Below are positions 61,101 through 64,000 of a stretch of 64,000 nucleotides of DNA, piece by piece (within the stretch, counting starts at the first letter, position 1; each line of letters starts with the position of its first letter). A program made the translations under genes and the position numbers. The notes below the pieces were generated by a model. It searched no databases. It was not told the DNA's origin and was given only the letters and a program-made list of their open reading frames with translations. This stretch comes from Andalucia godoyi And28. Its lineage: Eukaryota > Protista > Jakobida. The DNA lies in assembly GCA_009859145.1 (NCBI GenBank), contig VRVR01000041.1, forward strand, positions 1 to 64,000, read 5' to 3'.

Positions 61101-63908
61101 ATGTCTGAATCGAAGAATGTGGATACGACGGTTTTGACAGTGTTGGTGCTGAATGTGATTATATTTGCGGGATCGGTACTTGTGTTTTTCCTGGTGATCA
61201 AGAACCGGAAGTCTCGAATATCGTCTATATTGAGCTCGGTGTACTCGGATGAGTCAGTGCAACGTGCGTCGTACCAGGTGGACTCTGAGCAGAGCACGAG
61301 TCGCCCGAACAAGCTGCAGTCTGCGCTTGGCAGCATTGCGAAGCTGACGAAACTTCCGTTAGCCGTGGTGTCGTCAATCGTGCATCGCGACTCGGTGTTC
61401 TCCCTGCTTTCTTTCTTCCGGGTTGCGGATGCTACGTACGTTGCAACTGTTGCGGGCCCGCATGCCGCGGCGTACTTGACGTACCAGCGAATTCTGATTG
61501 TGTTTATGCTCGTGTTTACTGTTCTGACGTGCTGCTCGGTGCTTCCCGCGAATGTTCTGTCATGCCGGAGCAAAAAGGAAGACGAGTTCAGAGACTCGGC
61601 ATACATGAGAACGACAATCGGGTGCATCGACACGGATGATGCTGCGGGACAGCAGATGATGTGGGTCCATGCCACGGCGGCCTGCTTCTGCGCAGCCATG
61701 GCCGTCCTTGCCATTCGCGTGTTTCAGAAGTCCCGCGCAACGAGATGGGTTATGCACCCCGTGGAACTGGACTCCATGATGAAGTCGTCGCAGCACGTGA
61801 CGCAGGCGGGAGAGGCACCCGGGGTGGCGAACAGCTCGGTTTGCGGTTCGAGCACTGCGAATCGCGAACGAGTGTCGGACCAAGTCCGCATTTCCCAATA
61901 TGCAGTGATTCTTTCGCACCTTCCAAGCTCGATTGCAACGTCGGAAGATCTGTCCAACTGGTTTCTGGAGCTGTGCAATGACCATTTCAATGGGTCGATG
62001 ACTGTCCGAAGGCAGGATGTGGTGGCTGCAACGGTGGTCGGTGACGTTCGGAGCCTTGTGCACGCTGTTCACTTCTATGAGAATATGCATGCGAAGTGGG
62101 TCAAGGCGGTGAAGAAGGAAAAACAAAGGAAATCAAAAGGGAAGTCAATTCCAAAAGTGTGGACTTTTCATCCATTCGACAGGGAGGAGGCACGCACGGG
62201 ACTCGTTGTCGCCGATGCCGGTGCCACGCATCAAGCCGCGACCAGCCGCGACCAGCAAAAATCAGTCATGGTTTCCATGGTTCCAAGACGAGAGAATGCA
62301 GTCGAGTTTTGGGAATACCGCATGAAGCTAGCTGCTGAAGCGGTACGCGAAGAACAGGCCAAGGCCCGACCGACGAACCGGACCGAGTCCGCGTCAGCAT
62401 CCGAATCCGATGTCGCATCTGGGCATGGGTCTGCATCCCCCAACTCCGCTGGGCGATCGAGTCCGTCCCCTTCGGCCTCAACATCAGCGCCAGTTTCAAA
62501 TCCAAAAACAAAAACAAAGACAAAGAAGGAGGAAAAGGAAAAGGAAATGGAAAAGGTGGCAGAAAATCCAAAACCAAAGGCGGCATCTCGCAACTCTGGA
62601 TTCATCATCCTGTCGTCCGCTTCTCTGGCCGCGACGGTCCTCGAAGCGTTCCCAAACAGCGCCGTTTCTTCTGTGCTTCCACTCTCCATGCTGGCCTCCC
62701 ATGCGAAATCAAAACATGTACGAATTCACCCAGCACCGGAACCAAGCGACATCGAATGGGGGCATATGGGCATTTCCAAGCGCGAGAAGGCCCTGCGTGT
62801 CTTTGGAGTGCATTTGATGCTTGTTGGGCTTCTTCTCTTCTTTTCAACACCGCTTGCAATCTTGCACACCCTGTCAGAATTATTCGGGATTTCATTTGAC
62901 GGCAGCAATTCTGGAGGCTCCGTCACCGGGCTTGGAATTCTGACGTCGATCGTGTTTTCCTTTGTGCCCTCGTTGCTTCTGTACTTGATTTCCCTCATTC
63001 TGCCGTCCCTCATTTGGTTTCTGACCACTCTGGAAGGCCATCGAACTTACTCGCAGATTCAGTACAAATCGAGTCAGCGAAACTTCATGTATATAGTCCT
63101 GTCGTCTCTCGTGCTTCCGACGGTTGCCATCTCCCTCGCAGATTTCATCCAAAAGTACCAGTCCAATGGCAGCAGCTTGGAATCAACGGTCGCGAATGCA
63201 TTTCTACCCGAATCGGGACTTTTCTTTTTCTTGTACGTAATGCAGGCTGCGTTTGTGGGCTCGTCTCTGGATCTCCTCCGCCTCGGAGACGCATTCGTCT
63301 CACTCTTTGAGGACCACGAAGGCGACGAAGAAGACGCCGGAGAAGCGGGCGAACTCAAACAAAAACTGCAACGCCCAGAACAAAAGGTGGAGTTCGAATA
63401 CCCAGTCTTGGTATCCATTGTTGCCGTCTGCTTGACGTATGCGTGGTTTACCCCGCTGATTGTTCCCGTTGGCCTCTTCTACACGGCTTGCAAACACCTT
63501 GTGGATCAGTACCATATTTTGCACATCAGTCAATCGTTCGACAAGGATGCGTGGTCTCCGCTGTCCGACACGGTCTCCAAAATTGTGGATCGCAAGCGGC
63601 TGTTGCTGTGCTGCCGGTTCCTTTTGGAATCCATGGCAATCGCGCTCGTGTACCTCTTCTTGTTTTTCTCTCTTCGATCCCTGTTTCCGCAAGCTTCCAT
63701 CATCCTGCTCGGTGTGTTTTCCACCTTTGCCGTGATTCTGCTTGTCTACTCTGGAACATGGAAATGGACGGCGGATTTCGTCCCGTTTTCGTTTTCCAAG
63801 AATGAAGAAGAGCCACTGCTGCACAGGGAATGCTGTTTGGATCCTATGCTTGCAAAGACTGCGTACGATTGCCCCTATCTCATGTATGAGCTCCATGATC
63901 ACTTCTAA
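61101..63908 (+). CDS. OSCA/TMEM63 (CSC1-like) mechanosensitive channel
   Basis: N-terminal TM, GPHAAAYLTYQR, PAPEPSDIEWGHM, FLTTLEGH, FFFLYVMQAAF and KHLVDQYHIL follow the OSCA/RSN1 topology. Confidence 0.92.
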   Translation: MSESKNVDTTVLTVLVLNVIIFAGSVLVFFLVIKNRKSRISSILSSVYSDESVQRASYQVDSEQSTSRPNKLQSALGSIAKLTKLPLAVVSSIVHRDSVFSLLSFFRVADATYVATVAGPHAAAYLTYQRILIVFMLVFTVLTCCSVLPANVLSCRSKKEDEFRDSAYMRTTIGCIDTDDAAGQQMMWVHATAACFCAAMAVLAIRVFQKSRATRWVMHPVELDSMMKSSQHVTQAGEAPGVANSSVCGSSTANRERVSDQVRISQYAVILSHLPSSIATSEDLSNWFLELCNDHFNGSMTVRRQDVVAATVVGDVRSLVHAVHFYENMHAKWVKAVKKEKQRKSKGKSIPKVWTFHPFDREEARTGLVVADAGATHQAATSRDQQKSVMVSMVPRRENAVEFWEYRMKLAAEAVREEQAKARPTNRTESASASESDVASGHGSASPNSAGRSSPSPSASTSAPVSNPKTKTKTKKEEKEKEMEKVAENPKPKAASRNSGFIILSSASLAATVLEAFPNSAVSSVLPLSMLASHAKSKHVRIHPAPEPSDIEWGHMGISKREKALRVFGVHLMLVGLLLFFSTPLAILHTLSELFGISFDGSNSGGSVTGLGILTSIVFSFVPSLLLYLISLILPSLIWFLTTLEGHRTYSQIQYKSSQRNFMYIVLSSLVLPTVAISLADFIQKYQSNGSSLESTVANAFLPESGLFFFLYVMQAAFVGSSLDLLRLGDAFVSLFEDHEGDEEDAGEAGELKQKLQRPEQKVEFEYPVLVSIVAVCLTYAWFTPLIVPVGLFYTACKHLVDQYHILHISQSFDKDAWSPLSDTVSKIVDRKRLLLCCRFLLESMAIALVYLFLFFSLRSLFPQASIILLGVFSTFAVILLVYSGTWKWTADFVPFSFSKNEEEPLLHRECCLDPMLAKTAYDCPYLMYELHDHF

Positions 63909-64000
63909 GCCGTACTCGTCAACAACGGCTTTTTTCTTGACGTTCAGCGGAAAGAGTATCTCCCAATTCAGTGGCGGGAAAGAGAGTGAGAAGTGAGAGA

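Overview
This is eukaryotic nuclear DNA from a gene-dense, intron-poor, probably flagellated protist. The evidence is short GT-AG introns (GTATGT or GTATGC donors), intergenic gaps as small as about 55-140 nt, and the BBSome regulator LZTFL1. The lineage cannot be determined from this window alone. About 28 protein-coding genes and one tRNA-Asp(GUC) are supported. Recognisable genes: SPB1/FTSJ3, importin-7/8, a GRIP golgin, THG1, WDR6/Trm734, an AGC-like SLC25 carrier, RECQL4, a bacterial-type GH15, HAUS5/AUG5, RPUSD1-like, frataxin, LZTFL1, HSBP1, LEO1, ERGIC3 and OSCA/TMEM63. The ORF track uses non-ATG starts and ignores introns, so I corrected several starts and exon structures. Two things stand out. 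(1) A GRDP-like (PF07173-type) His-rich domain is fused to four near-identical Cys-containing 15-aa repeats plus a degenerate fifth, which resembles a self-modifying RiPP precursor/maturase fusion (inference). (2) A dispersed intergenic element occurs in three clear copies and one diverged copy, all in the same orientation and each just upstream of a + strand gene. The three clear copies have two conserved arms around a variable core and a conserved 31-codon ORF; the family also shows a minus-strand coding footprint and RING-finger-like remnants. Other unusual architectures are WD40-UBR-PHD, LRR-WD40-ankyrin, an ankyrin protein with a globin-like segment, and a membrane-anchored beta-lactamase-fold protein.
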